This document shows positions 13,925 to 27,042 of a stretch of DNA of 64,000 bases, one piece after another. Every line of letters begins with the position of its first letter. The first letter of the stretch is position 1. The DNA lies in contig CM119372.1 in the NCBI GenBank assembly GCA_051294905.1, positions 7,008,001 through 7,072,000 of the forward strand. Direction: 5' to 3'. A model generated the notes under the pieces. The model was not told the DNA's origin. It did not search any database and saw only the letters and a program-made list of their open reading frames with translations. The translations under genes were made by a program, and so were the position numbers. Origin of the DNA: Botryllus schlosseri (taxonomy: Eukaryota).

Positions 13925-16900
13925 AAGTTTTGTAGACTTCCAGCGTCCTTTGTTTGCTGTGAACACCCAATGCGTTCAATAGGCCGGAAACGAAGAATCT
14001 CCTTCGCAGTTTCACCGATGCTGGTACCGTGGTTTCGGTGCATTCTGGCCATTTGAGGGTCGCGTAAATCGTATATTTAAACGGAAGTGAACAACCTGAA
14101 AAGGACAAGCGTAAGGTAACTATACTTACAATGCATACACTTTTTATACAATTATACAGACACCGATTGGATGTCTCACAATCGCTCTTTCAATTAAGTC
14201 AGGTCAATGGTCAATTGGTCGTCGGTAGGGCTGGGTAAAATGATTCGAGTACTCGAATCTGAATCGAGTAGTAATTTTAATGATTCGAGTCGAGTAGCAA
14301 AAGACGATGTTTTCGAGTACTGAAATTATACGGTCCTCGCAACTGAAAGTTAATTTACTGACAAGAATTATAGTTTTGATACTATTTTCCACCGAGGAAG
14401 CCGTGAAACCTTGATTGGCCGTGTTTGAGCGTACCAGGCACAGTTTAAAGCTACGAACGTTACTGGAAATAACACATTTCCGAAGTCATTATCATCCAAC
14501 AAAATTGTTAAGAAGTGCAATGAAATCGGTATGGTCGAAAAAATACCAAAGTATCTTTAATGTGATGGATAACAGGCATTACGTTCTTTGTGGTGGCATA
14601 AAAGGTTCATATTTGAACTTCGACATAGTACATCCTGTTGTGACGTCATAATGAGTGATACTCGATTACTCGACTCGACTCGAAGCATATTACGTGATTC
14701 AGAATCGAATCACTCAGGTACTCGATTTTGCCCAGCCCTAGTCGTCGGCAAAAGAGTTTTGTAGCCTCGCAATAGCCAAACGCTAAGCCTTGTGGAAATG
14801 CGAATATTGTGGTTTTCGACAGAAGTAGCCACTGAAGATACGATGTTCATAACGCAGCATACCTATTTGTATAGCGGCGGCCAAGCACTGAATTAACATA
14901 GTGAACTCAACAGTACCGCATTGTCATAACGTATATTACAGGCGCAAAGTAGCTATCTCAAGTGGTGTTATTGGGTAGTGAATGACAGAAACATTGATCC
15001 CTGAGAATTTTAGGAAAATTATTGCAAATATGTAATGCAAAATAAAAATCGTCTATCATACTTTCCACCATTATAGGTAGAATCCGCTTCTTCCACCCCA
15101 CAGGATCCATATGATGGGCTAGCAGAGCTTCGTAACTTTGCCAAGATGACACCAAATAGTCTTTACTGAAGCAAAGGATGGTAACGCGGGATTCCTGAAC
15201 AGCAGCTGTAATAAAATAAATCGGGACATTAATATTCGTATCTTATTCAAGTCTCAGTCGGTAATAAAATAACGCCCAAATAACATGTGAAGAAGTGTGA
15301 CTAATGATCTGATGCAGTGCTTTTCAACCTGTGTGACGGTTCGCACTGGTGCGAATGAAAAAAATTGCAGTGCGAATGACGGAGGTGGTGCGAATAGTGC
15401 GAATGAAAAATCCGGATGAGTGCGAATGAAAATCATGAATAATTGTTCATTTATCTGACGTAGAATAATTCAAATAAACCTAATAGGAAATTCGAGGGCA
15501 GTGTAACTGTGGTAGTTGAAATGCAATTGTAAAAAATTGTTAAACTTGACGCACCACTTATTATAGCTCTCACAAGCCGTAGTGAATTAATGTTTTCGCA
15601 TTATAATTATTACGTAATCAAAAGTCTGGTGTGGAAGCTGGTGTGGTTGAAGACACACAGTATATTAGCGTGTCTGAGCCTGCGACATGCTGGAAAAATG
15701 ACGTCAAATTGATTTTCTGCTTTCTTTCGCTAAACAATCATCATATTTTCGTAATAACTGTTCGATTAGCGCGAGGTAGGAGGTAAATACCATGATTACA
15801 GACTCATATTTGCAAATAACTGTAACGCAAATTTTACCCCTATCAATGGTTATTAAGTATGGACCGCATGAGTATAATTTTGGATCGACACGATGCGAGA
15901 GCTATCTGTTAATATGTATGTAATATTTGTTGAATTGCAAAAAATCCTGCGATAGTATTTACATATCCAAGGTCCCTGTATTGGGGACTGTAGTTAATAA
16001 GCGAAACACGCAGAAAATATGGCTTGATCATGAGAATCAGCCGACCTTTGGTTTTGATTCATAAGATTTGTCCGAATGTTTTTTTTTTCTGGGAAACATG
16101 GACGAAGACTGTTGGGATGAAGTAGTGTAGGGGTGTGCAACGAGTGAGTTCAGGCCTATGAGACTCATTCATTTCGAGGCAAACCCCTTCTGCGTTTTGG
16201 CTAACATACTGCTTATAAAATGCGCTGCCGCTGATAAAATACGGCGACAAAAACATCAGCAGCGACAAAACCTTGGCCAAAAATGACCATCGCTGGATGG
16301 CCAACCCTTCCTATATGGATATGCTACGTTGTCGGTACGGAATAGTCTCGTTCTTGCAATCTGAGTGGACAGTAGTACAAATGCGACACGCAGAGGAATT
16401 TTCTTCACCCTAATTTGAAATCAAGTGCGTCAGACATATTTTATAGAGCTGTGTTGGGTAGAGTTGTGGTGTGCACGTTCTGTATGTCATACATGTCCGG
16501 AAAATCGTAGCATACTATTGTAATACTAAAAACGAATTCCTTCTTTTTATGGGTGAGGCTTGCGTCGCGAGATGCCACAAAAATTCAGAATTAAACTGCT
16601 ATGAATTTTCAAGTTAGATTGAGCTAAAGGGCCGAACAAACAGTACCGTGACTTTATTGTCTCTTCTCATATACTCGCGAGACAGAAAATGGGAAATCGA
16701 AACAAAAAACAGAATTCAAGTTGGAGCAACTTATCATAAGGTAGCTAGCTCTCATGTGCGTACTCTGCTTGGTGATATTGGACCTTATTTTCCAAGACAA
16801 CAGGCACAAGCCACAACACAAGCATGTGGATTTTTCACCCTTTCGACAAACTGGATCCTCCGGGACCTTTGTGTCATCTCTCTGCCATAAAGCGTTTTTC

Positions 16901-19900
16901 ACTTGCGGAAAATACGCTGTATTTTGGATATGAGTACAGAATAGAGGTCGACCGATATTGATTTTTACAGGCCGATACCGATACTGATATTTCGACGCTC
17001 ACAAGGCCGATAACCGATATCATAGGCCGATATTAATATGGAAGGAGCAGAGAACTATTTCGCCAAAAATATTATATATTAGGCAAGGTGGCACTTGTTC
17101 ATGCCACAGAAAGGTGAACAACAAACGAGAAAACTGAAATCGAAAAGACTTATTGCTTAATTGTGAACATTCGCTGAAATTTGGGATAACCCGAAAATCA
17201 AAACATGATACAGAATTGCAGATCAGTTCAGAAAAGGTAGATTGTAGTTAGATATAAAATATCGGTCGCGATATCGGCCTATAGATTGGCCGATACCGAT
17301 ATTCGAGAAAGTTTCAAATATCGGCGCCAATAATCGGCCAAGCCGATAATCGGTCGACCTCTAGTACAGAACAGTTCTTGAGACCTGGCCAGCCAAGCAC
17401 TATGGTATGCGTTATTGTACAAAATCCAACAACTTGTTTGGGCGAGAAGCGTTTTAGTGAAATAGTTGAAATCAAAATGAGGGAAAAGAGTTGACTTTTG
17501 ATGAGACACTTCATGGCCTAAAAACTATAATAGCCAATTTGTTGCACATCTGAACAGAATATTCTTATGTATCTTCCTCTTCTTTTTGTATAGCAATTTT
17601 CGGTTGGTTTGTGCGAATGAAAAAGCTCATAAAGGTTGAAAAGCACTGATCTGATGGAAGGCGTTTTTAATGTATTCTTCCGATATATTTCACAGAATCC
17701 CAATTTCCAATGCTCAAACTATATAAAGCAAATAATATAAGCTGTAAAAAAGCCGATGTTTTCATGGTGTAGCCTAATTTTTCTAATGATATCCCTCATT
17801 ATCTGATTAATCGGGACATGTGCATTGTGCAATGTGCATTGATTGCAAATTTCCCCGCATGTTGAGCGTAAATTCCATCAACGGGACGCTCATCTATAAC
17901 AGTGCGGTGAATGAGGTAATATATAGCATAATGAGGGGTGTCCCCAACACAAAATAGGCCTACACGCGTAATATCACCATTGCTACTAAATATAAGCAAT
18001 AGTACTTTGAGGTTCACTTTGGCTATAGAAGGTTAATGTATAAATTTACAACAGCTTACTCTATTCCCTTTCTTACTAATTGCTACACGCGCGCTCATAT
18101 CAATACCTGCGATATTCTTTACAGTTGAAACTCCAGGTAAGCTGTCCCGTTCGTGGATGTAGCATTTTAAATCTAATTCATTTTCTAAGATCGGAATCAG
18201 GAGATTCTCCACCCATTTCGACTGGCTTTTGTGGTAAGAGATGTTGACGTCATAGCGGTAAGGCCCTGTGAAAATTTCCCAGGTTTATTCACTGTTACAC
18301 TCGGATGATGTCAGCATAAGTCGGACACATAAAATCATTCCGAATATCTAGGCGGACTTGAAACGCCCTCGTGAAATTTGTTTATTATCTTAACAACTAT
18401 CTAACTGATCGTCAGAGTTGTTGATTAGGATACAGGGTAGAAAACAGGAAGAGTTAGGCCTACTTACTTCCCTCAGTCACGAGAAAGGATGTTATTGTCA
18501 TATAACGTGTGTGGGTTGCTGATGTCACCAGCTACGTGCATTCGGCACATTCACATCAGTCGCTATTAGGTGATTGCACTAATAACTGAGTAAATAATAT
18601 TTAGTCATGCAATGATAGGTTATAGTCATGCAATCTAACGTGAATTTCTGAAGATGTCCTTATTGAACCTAGGATGGGGGCTTTTGAAAGTTTCAGTCAC
18701 GTCTTATCGATCAACATGTTGTAACGTAAAGATACATGAGTCAACATTGAGAAGACAATTGAAACGTTGCAAGTCAACAGGTGACGTTTGTGACGACCAA
18801 CAACGAGTTATTACATACGAGATTTGCATCAGGTTAGGCCTATCAGCTTATACGGGCTTTATACGTATCGGCTATCACCGGAGTACAAGAATGGTAGGAC
18901 TATATACTTCAGTGCTTCCCAAACTTTTTTAGACAACGCTTCCTAGGGCGCAAATCAGTTATCAACGCCCCCCTAACCCCCTCCTACTCTCGACAAAAAG
19001 TTGACAGGCGAATATACGTTATGTATGCGATGTCAGAGTCACATTTTGTACGAATTCTAGGACAGACACAAACAGTGAAGACAATCGTACACGGCAATTC
19101 ATCGTACTTCGTTGTGGTGCGATATGTGCTTAAAATGTCGTCGTTCTTGTACAATATACATTAGGGCTCTTCAAAAATGACTTTTTTCTCAAGTCGCACT
19201 GGCTACTTGATAGAGTTGTTAGGTTGCCTAATTTAAGCCTACACACCAAATTTGGTTCAATTCCAACCAGTGGAAGCGGAGTTATCGCCATCGAAAAATT
19301 TGGATTTGAATAAAATAGTATTTACGGTTGGTACCACCATAATAAATAATTAAAGAATTGGTCACCGTAAATTAGGCTTACCATATTTTGGAAATGTAAA
19401 AAGAGGACACTTTTTCAGAAATTTCAGACATGCAAAACTGGAGAAGAATTCTCAAAAACCGGTAAATTTTTCCCACTTCGTGATCGGTTGACTAAAAAAA
19501 AAAAGGTGATCACTTTCGCTCACAGCTCAAAATAACGTTTTTCTCTCCACATTGCCAGGTGGATGACTAAAAAAAAAAAGGTCTTCTTTTCGCTCAGAGC
19601 TAAAATCACCGCTTTTCCCTCCGAAATACCCGCCGAAGCGTCACTTCTCGGCTAATTTGCGGCATATCGCTCACAATTTGATCTAAATCTGACCTAAATT
19701 TTCAAAAAAGAGGACAAAATCTCAAAAAAGAGGACAAAAGGGCGTCCTCCGAGGAAACTTTCAAAAAAGTCAAAAAAGAGGACAAATCCTCTTGAAAGAG
19801 GACTTTAAGCCTACCGTAAATACTATTTTATTCATAATCAAAATTTTTCGACGGCGATAACTCCGCTTCCACTCGTTGGAATTGAACCAAATTTGGTGAA

Positions 19901-21983
19901 CATCGTTTCTATAAATAACCTAACACTTTCATGGGGCGAACAGAAAATTTTCAAATTTATTGTTATTTATTTTTATATAATAAATAGAAACTTTCTTCTC
20001 CTGTAGCAATGCGGCTATTGGTTGGAATTGAACCAAATATGGTGTGTAGGCTTAAATTAGGTAACCTAACAATTTCATCAAGTAGCCAGTGCGATTTGAG
20101 AAAAAAAGTCATTTTTGCAGAGCCCTAATGTACATGCGTTTGAATGTGTGCTGATCACTTGCGCTCGATAAGTGTCACTGAAGAATTGGTATATTCGTTG
20201 TTTGATTGATTGTTTGGTTAATTAGAATACTCAATGTTGCATATAACATTGTACATTGAACAACTGCGGAGAGCGTTACTAGCGATTTTCGGTGATCGTG
20301 CCTCATACGACCGCGAACATCGTGACTACGTATTCATTAATCTGACGATGGTGCACGGATACAGCTATCAATTTTCGGATTTTCTCAAACGGTTTCTCGT
20401 AGTCCATAGCGCCAACGTTTACTCTCAGCGCCACCCTTTCCCAATCGCTCAACTTGGACGTAGTGACCCCTTCGAGGTAGAAAACGCTCTCAGGGGGCGC
20501 TGGTGCCCAATTTGGGATCCACTGGTATATTCACACACGACACCTATTCTATGCATGCGTAACCTCGCGATTCCTCGTTCCAAGTCACTTTCGGCGTACT
20601 GTAATACTATAGTGTTCGTGTACGACTGTGTGCCCTACCGTGTGCGCAACAATACGCATGCGGCATTCGCTACCATTTCCATATAGGACCTACAAAGTAT
20701 GCGGTATAGGCTACATATTTCAAACTCCGATGAAGGAATTGATATTACGGCTTAATTTATTCGAATGGTCGTTACAATACTGTTGGCTTTATTTGATGTT
20801 TAGGGGTAGGCTATATAATTCACGTGTTACGACCTATCATGGGGAATTGTAAATTAGAAAATTCACAACACGTGGTGCCTCGAATAAACGTCCGAAATCG
20901 CCCACGCTTTATGTCTGCAAACAGTGCACAGGCGCACCTGCGAGTTCAGTAGCCGGTGCACCTTCACTAGGATATTCCGGAAGAAGGACAGTCTCGTGCA
21001 CTCGAGCGCCCCGGAACGTACTACAAATGCCTTATTTGACACATATGAGACATATCAAGAGCACGTGCAAAAGTCCTTAACCATCTGCGTGCTACAGCAA
21101 TTTTTTGCACTGTTTGAACAGGGATATGTCAATGGAAGTGATACTGTTACCACTTGTCAGCGTGTGGGCCTACGTTTCGAGGACATCAATGCAATTCACG
21201 AGCCTCCGTGAGTTTTTTCCGGGCTATTATCATCACTATTTCACTATTACTGAGCGAGTGTGCAAGTGTGCGTTGATCATCTCCTTCCAATAATGAAGAC
21301 GGTTTAGTTATTTGGGACATCCCTGCTTCATTGCAACACACATTCATCGAACGCCCCATTCTCGATCGCTCTATCACCAGATTTCTTTTTTGAAATGCAA
21401 TTTATAGATATTATAGTTATACAAAGCCATACGCGCTTCATAATTTATGTTGAATGATTTGATAAGGGAAAGGATTTGTATAACAAACACAACCATAACG
21501 ACATTGCTGTGCATTTCTGTAATTTTTAGGCAACCATCACCAGCTGCGAAATCGATAGGTTTACTAACCTTCATCGTCCGCGGTATCATCATCAAAAGCG
21601 CTTTGAAAGAGGGACAATTGCGAACCCATGACTGTACCACACCCACCAACACCACTGCGTTTTGAAGTACTTTCAGGATCAGACATGGACCGTCCCAATA
21701 AAAACCTCTTCAACGCGCTTGCCATTCGGCGAGCTGATGTCTCTTCCACGTCATCGTGCTTCTTGTATCGAAATGTTCTTACGGATTTCTGGTTCTGGGC
21801 TCTTTTTACATTTTGTGAGGCGTCCGAGCTGGAGGATTTCGTGAAGCTGTGGTGAGTTGCCGAAAGGATGCCTTTATCCGCTCCCCTTTTTGTATCTTGA
21901 GCCCAGGGAGCTCGGTGAATTCCTAGCCTATTCTCCATCGATGGCATGGTTATATTGCATTCCACTGTAACCGCGTCGTGCAA
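13925..21983 (-). CDS. TIR-domain protein (adaptor-like), spliced. Exons ~21983(or 21629)-21569, 18265-18107, 15205-15062, 14095-13925; terminal exon unresolved (~13200-13850)
   Basis: Phase-1 GT-AG joins read ..DDE|GPYRYDVNISYHKSQSKWVENLLIPILENELDLKCYIHERDSLPGVSTVKNIA|AAVQESRVTILCFSKDYLVSSWQSYEALLAHHMDPVGWKKRILPIMVE|SCSLPFKYTIYATLKWPE..FFVSGLLNALG. This contains TIR box 1 (YDVxISY), the BB loop (RDxLPG) and a box-3-like end. The 5' exon is assigned by phase only. Confidence 0.85.
14226..14740. mobile_element. hAT-type MITE (TAGGGCTGGG family)
   Basis: TIRs TAGGGCTGGG / CCCAGCCCTA; perfect TSD GTCGTCGG; reverse-complement homologue at 25962-26477. Confidence 0.9.
16942..17363. mobile_element. 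hAT-type MITE
   Basis: TIRs TAGAGGTCGACCGAT / ATCGGTCGACCTCTA; perfect TSD GTACAGAA; CCGATA subterminal repeats. Confidence 0.9.
19162..20127. mobile_element. hAT-type MITE with long TIRs (TAGGGCTCTTCAAAAATGAC family)
   Basis: ~110-bp inverted ends; TSD ATATACAT / ATGTACAT; related fragments at ~34205-34590 and ~59388. Confidence 0.85.
19373..19813. mobile_element. hAT-type MITE (TAGGCTTA family), nested
   Basis: TIRs TAGGCTTA / TAAGCCTA; perfect TSD CCGTAAAT; AAAAGAGGAC repeats; second copy at 34927-35373. Confidence 0.88.
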
Positions 21984-22496
21984 CTAAGCCTGTCGATATT
22001 CACTTTCGCTTATATATGGCTTCCTATCTTAGATTTCCGTCCAGTTGACGTCACTATCGAAAACACATTGTTCTCTAAACTTACACTGATCACGTGTATC
22101 GGTGAGTCAGGCCATGGACTGGCTTGGCGTGTTGTGCTGGGTTAACAATGTAAGATGCATGAGGAATGAGAAGCCTACAGTCTGGGCTTGAATATAATCA
22201 TTAATCAACCTATGTGTGAAAGACTAATTGGCATTCTGCAGATGCTATACATTGCGACATTGCTGTGTATTTCTGTATATATTTAGGCGACCATCACCAG
22301 CTGCGAAATCGATAGGTTTACTAACCTATCATCATCAAAAGCGCTTTGAAAGAGGGATAATTGCGAGCCCATGACTGTACCAGTACCACACCCACCAACA
22401 CCACTGTAGTGGTAGCTCTATGACGCCACTAGGGTGTGACGACATCGCATGTGCTTCGGTGCTTGGTCGTCACTGAATACATGGCTGCTTGCGAAC

Positions 22497-23787
22497 CAGT
22501 GTTGCCAGGTTATTTTACAACAACAAGCAAAAAAAAAAAAAAAAATCTGAAAAACAAGCCCAAAACAAGCGAATTTTTGGCCGAGACAAGCCCAAAAACA
22601 AGCAACAATTTTCATAATGCAAAACATTGTATTTACAATACAATTCACTCAGATACAGGCCTAACATGTGAAACGATGTCATTTTCCTGTCCATCATCCA
22701 CAGTGTCCTGATACATGCTTTCATTAAACCGCCCAGCATGCATTTCGTAGGTTTGAAGTAGGTACAGCAAACATTTTGTCGTCTCATGCCATATCGTACA
22801 TGCAATATTCCAGCAAGTGTTTTGTTGGTCATGCGATTTCGGAGCTTTGATTTCATGAAGTTGACTTGGGAGAAAGCTCGCTCAACATCTGCATTGCTCA
22901 AAGGCAATGATAAGATTGCCAAAGCAAATAATGACAGCTCTTCAAAAGCACGCTCACCACTTGCATCTTTGTACTGATAAGCTTTTTGCCATAGCTGTTC
23001 TGCTGTAGTATCACCATCAATATTCCACTGTATCAAATTCATCATTCTGTATTGGGTGTCTAGCAGCCCTAGATCACCCTTGTACAGCTTAACAAGTGCC
23101 AAGCTAGAAACGGGTTGCTTTACTTGGGACAACACAGCAACAGGGCTGAAAGATGACAGTGATCTCCAAAGTCGTATATTTTCAGGCATCCTGATAAGTA
23201 TTTGTTTCGCACCCTCAACCAAAAATCCCAAGCAACGATTTTTTACCTCCTGAATTACTGTGTCATTCAGCATTAAGTCTTGAATAGAGGAGGTGAACAA
23301 TGCACCAAAATCAACTGCTGCCAATGGTAGGAAAAGTGATGTATCATTTAGATTCAAGGAAACAATGCCCTCATCAGATGGTGGTATGTACGAGGGTATC
23401 ACAAACCTTGACACCAACGAGCGAAAGAATAGTAACAGATCATCCGGTATTTTTAGATGATCTCCAGATTCGGACTGAAAAAGCTTGTTGATTTTGTTGA
23501 ATTGTTGCCAGATTGGTGTCAAAAACTGCAAATACAACTTGTTAACAGGCCATGGCCATGGCTCAAGGGTAGAGCTGTCACACACACACTACGACTGGAA
23601 AGTGGAAAAACATTTAAAAATATCATAATAATTTTAATAATTATTTAAATAAAACAAGCCCAAAACAAGCAAATTAAAAAATCAAACAAGCCCAAAAACA
23701 AGCAACCCGCGACCCCTGAAAATAAACCGCGAATCGCGCAAACGACAAGCCCAAATTCGCGGGAAAACCGCGAGGTTGGCAACACTG
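22497..23787 (-). mobile_element. Internally deleted hAT transposon inserted in the Gypsy 5' LTR; carries the C-terminal part of a transposase (ORF 22515-23585)
   Basis: TIRs CAGTGTTGCCA / TGGCAACACTG; perfect TSD TTGCGAAC; hAT dimerisation motif ALAILSLPLSNADVERAFSQVNFMKSKLRNRM. Confidence 0.93.
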
Positions 23788-25701
23788 TTGCGAACTACAC
23801 GTCTCGTATATTAGACAGACCGTCAGTCACGTGACTACATGGTGGCAGCGTTATAAAAGCAGCTGATAGCAGTTACTTAGCTACTCAGAATTATGGCTAG
23901 TGGATATACTGCTTTGCAAGGACTGCACCCGAAGCCATTATCCCTGGCTGGAAACAACCCGCCTCAAGCGTGGGTTGATTGGAAGGAAGACTTTGAAACG
24001 TATCTCTGTGCCGCAGAATTATCACAAAAGGATGACTGCGTCAAGGTAGGACACCTCCTGAGTCTTATTGGTCCGGAGGGAACGTCAATTTGTAAGAATC
24101 TCACGTGGCTCCCTGCTCGACGAGAAAATGATCAAGACATTCCTGCTGAAGATAAAAATGACTACAAACTAGTCATTGAAAAATTTGATGCGTGCTTTGA
24201 GCTTCGTGATGATCGCTTGAGAATGCGAAGGAAGTTTTGGCTATTCTTGAAACGGGAGGAGGACGAGTCCTTTTTGCAATGGTCACTCCGTGTTCGCGAA
24301 GCTGCAGCCAAGTGCAGCTATCATCCGCAGAGGTGTCTTGAGGAAGTTATTATGGATAAACTCCTTCTGTGTTGTACGGACACCGGTACCTTGTCAGAAC
24401 TCTTTGCCGAGGATCTGAAAACCTTGACACTGAGCAAAGTTGAATCGATCATCGATAAACGTGAATACGTCAAACAGGGTGTCATGTCCTATAAATCTGC
24501 TACGATTGATGCAGTCCCAAAGAAACCTCCACTGAAAACAGGATATCTACTGCTCGACAGAAGGATGGAAAGGATGCTAAGACGTCGCTAATAAAATGCA
24601 AATACTGTGGTAAGAAGCACCAGTTTGGTAGATTTTTCTGTCCTGCTGCCGACTACAATTGCTCGGTGTGCGAGAAAACAGGACATTTCGAAACTGTCTG
24701 CCGTGCTTCTGCTCGGACAAATATACGCTCCGTGGAATCCGATACTGTTGGTGGAGATGATGTGGACGGTCGCTCAAGTCCCTTCGCAACTGTCTTTGTG
24801 GGATCCGTGATTGCTGCTGTAGATTTGGATAGTGCTCCCAATACCGATACAGTTAACATGGAGCCTGTAATCCCACACCAGGGGCTGACCATTAGCACGG
24901 TGGAACCAGCGGAAGATATTGGCTGGTTTGTCAAGCTCAAGGTTGCCCTTGACCTGCTTAGATGGTGCGTTGATACTGGCGCACAAGTATCGGTCATGCC
25001 CTTGCACATATACAAGCGAAGCGTCAATATGGATCCATCAGACCCTCCGACAAACGTTTGATGACTGCAGGGAATAAGGAACTTTCCACCCTTGGCTATG
25101 TCGCTATGACGCTGGGGTTTGGGGATAACTCCGTTGTGGAAAAGGTCTACGTCGTCCGGGATACGCCTAAACTACTCTTGGGTATCCCAGGGGCATTCAA
25201 AATCGGACTCCGGCAAGATGTGCCGGGTACAGTTAGCATCCGTGCAGTAGACTGTGCAGTAACTCCCTCGCTTCGGTCTAAGGAAGAGGTCATGAAAGCT
25301 TACCCTGAACTCTTTCAGGGAGTGGGAAAAATGAAAGGAGAGTACTCTATCAAACTGAAGGCGAATGCTAAACCATTTAGCCTGAAAGTACCTCGCAGAG
25401 TTCCCATTCCTTTGCTTGGTAGTTTGACTGCTGAGCTAAATAAATTGCAAAAGGCGGACATAATTGAGCCTGTCAACGAGCCAACAGACTGGTGCGCACC
25501 GATCGTTGTGGTACCAAAGAAAAACTCGGAAATACGCCTGTGTGTGGATCTAACGAAACTAAATGATTCTGTCGATAGGGAACTCTACCCTATGCCGACA
25601 GTTGAAAGCACCCTGTGGAAGATTGCCGAAGGAACTGTTTACACCAAACTGGATGCCAATAGTGGATTTTATCAAATAGAACTTGAACCTGAGTGTCGTA
25701 A

Positions 25702-27042
25702 TCATCATCATCATCATCATCATTGGTTTATTAGCAATTTTATCAGTACAATACACCACAAAAATGCGATACAATGAAAAGAAAGGAAGATGTCGAAGCG
25801 ACTAGGAGTTGTCTATGGAATCGGACACCCACCTTGGCCTAGGCGATGTAAAGAGGAGGCATGCACACTGAATGAAAGTAAAGATGACAGTATAGAAAAA
25901 GGAAGCGACAAGAAATAGGGCGGCATGTCATGGGAAGCGAGATCGATAGGTCAGTCGTGGTTAGGGCTGGGCAAAATCGAGTACCTGAGTGATTCGATTC
26001 TGAATCACGTAATATGCTTCGAGTCGAGTCGAGTAATCGAGTATCACTCATTATGACGTCATAACAGAATGTAATACGTCAAAGCTCAAATATGTACCGT
26101 TTATGCCACCACAAAGAATATAATGCCTGTTATCCATCTCATAAATGATACTTTGGTATTTTTCGACCATACCGATTTCATTCCACTTGGTGACAATGTT
26201 GTGGGATAATCATGACTTCGGAAATGTGCTACGTCCAGTAACCTTCGTAGCTTTGTACGATATGTTTAGTATGCTACGATACCGCCAATTAAGGTTTCAA
26301 GGCTTCAACAGTGGATGATAGTATCGAAACTATAATTCTAGATGATAAATTAACTTTCAGTGGCGATAAGCGTATAATTTCAGTACTCGAAAAAATCGAC
26401 TTTTGCTACTCGACTCGAATCATTAAAATTACTACTCGATTCAGATTCGAGTACTCGAATCATTGTGCCCAGCCCTAGTCGTGGTCCGGTAATCTTGAGG
26501 ATGGACTGTATCTATTTAGTAGTAATTGCTTGTATTTCGACTTGAATGTGGACATGCTCGTCGACCGCCGGATGGCCGGCTGGATACTGTTCCACACATC
26601 AGGTCCGGCATATTTGATAGAGCGATGATCTTTTCGGTCGATCATATGATATTTGGACGACGTGGACGCGCGTGTGTTGTAGCCTACTTGTGCGCTTTTG
26701 ATTCAGAGGTAAAGAAGTCATTGAAGTATTCGGGGCAACGACCGCAGTGAAACTGATACACAAACTTGGCGATATGATTCGGAGTACTATATGCTGTAGT
26801 TTCTGCAGTGGCTTGACTGCAGTTTTACTGGCAGCCCCCCAACAGAGGATGCCATAATGTAACTTCGATTGGATTAAGGATTTAAAGAGTATCAGCTGGC
26901 ATGAAGCGCCCAAGGCTGTAGAACTGGCCGCACTTCGGTGATAATTTAGTTTCTAGGGACTGAATATGACTCTTCCAGGACATGTTCGAGTCCAGTAAAA
27001 CCCCGAGATATTTGGCATTATCTGTGTTGGAAACGGGCTGAC
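25702..27042 (-). mobile_element. 5'-truncated CR1/L2-like LINE inserted into the Gypsy RT
   Basis: TSD TCGTAA (25696-25701, 27043-27048); removing the insert restores ..ELEPECR|KLTTFITP; (TGA)n tail at 25702-25723; RT C-terminal motifs AKYLGVLLDSNMSWKSHI and FKSLIQSKLHYGILCWG. Confidence 0.9.
25962..26477. mobile_element. TAGGGCTGGG-family MITE nested in the LINE
   Basis: Perfect TSD GTCGTGGT; inverted homologue of 14226-14740. Confidence 0.9.

Larger units (their letters stand above)
18910..20524. mobile_element. Older hAT-type MITE hosting two nested MITEs
   Basis: Ends CAGTGCTTCCCAAA / TTTGGGATCCACTG; TSD only partly conserved. Confidence 0.55.

Noticed and set aside
16320..21377. Extra minus-strand exon candidates (~16820-16917, ~17530-17718, 21186-21372) and ORF 20234-20686
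   Set aside because: The TIR exons join in phase without them, there is no recognisable homology, and 20234-20686 overlaps a MITE end.
25700..25725. Poly-His tract at the end of ORF 25058-25777
   Set aside because: It is the (CAT)n tail of the antisense LINE insertion read through from the Gypsy RT.
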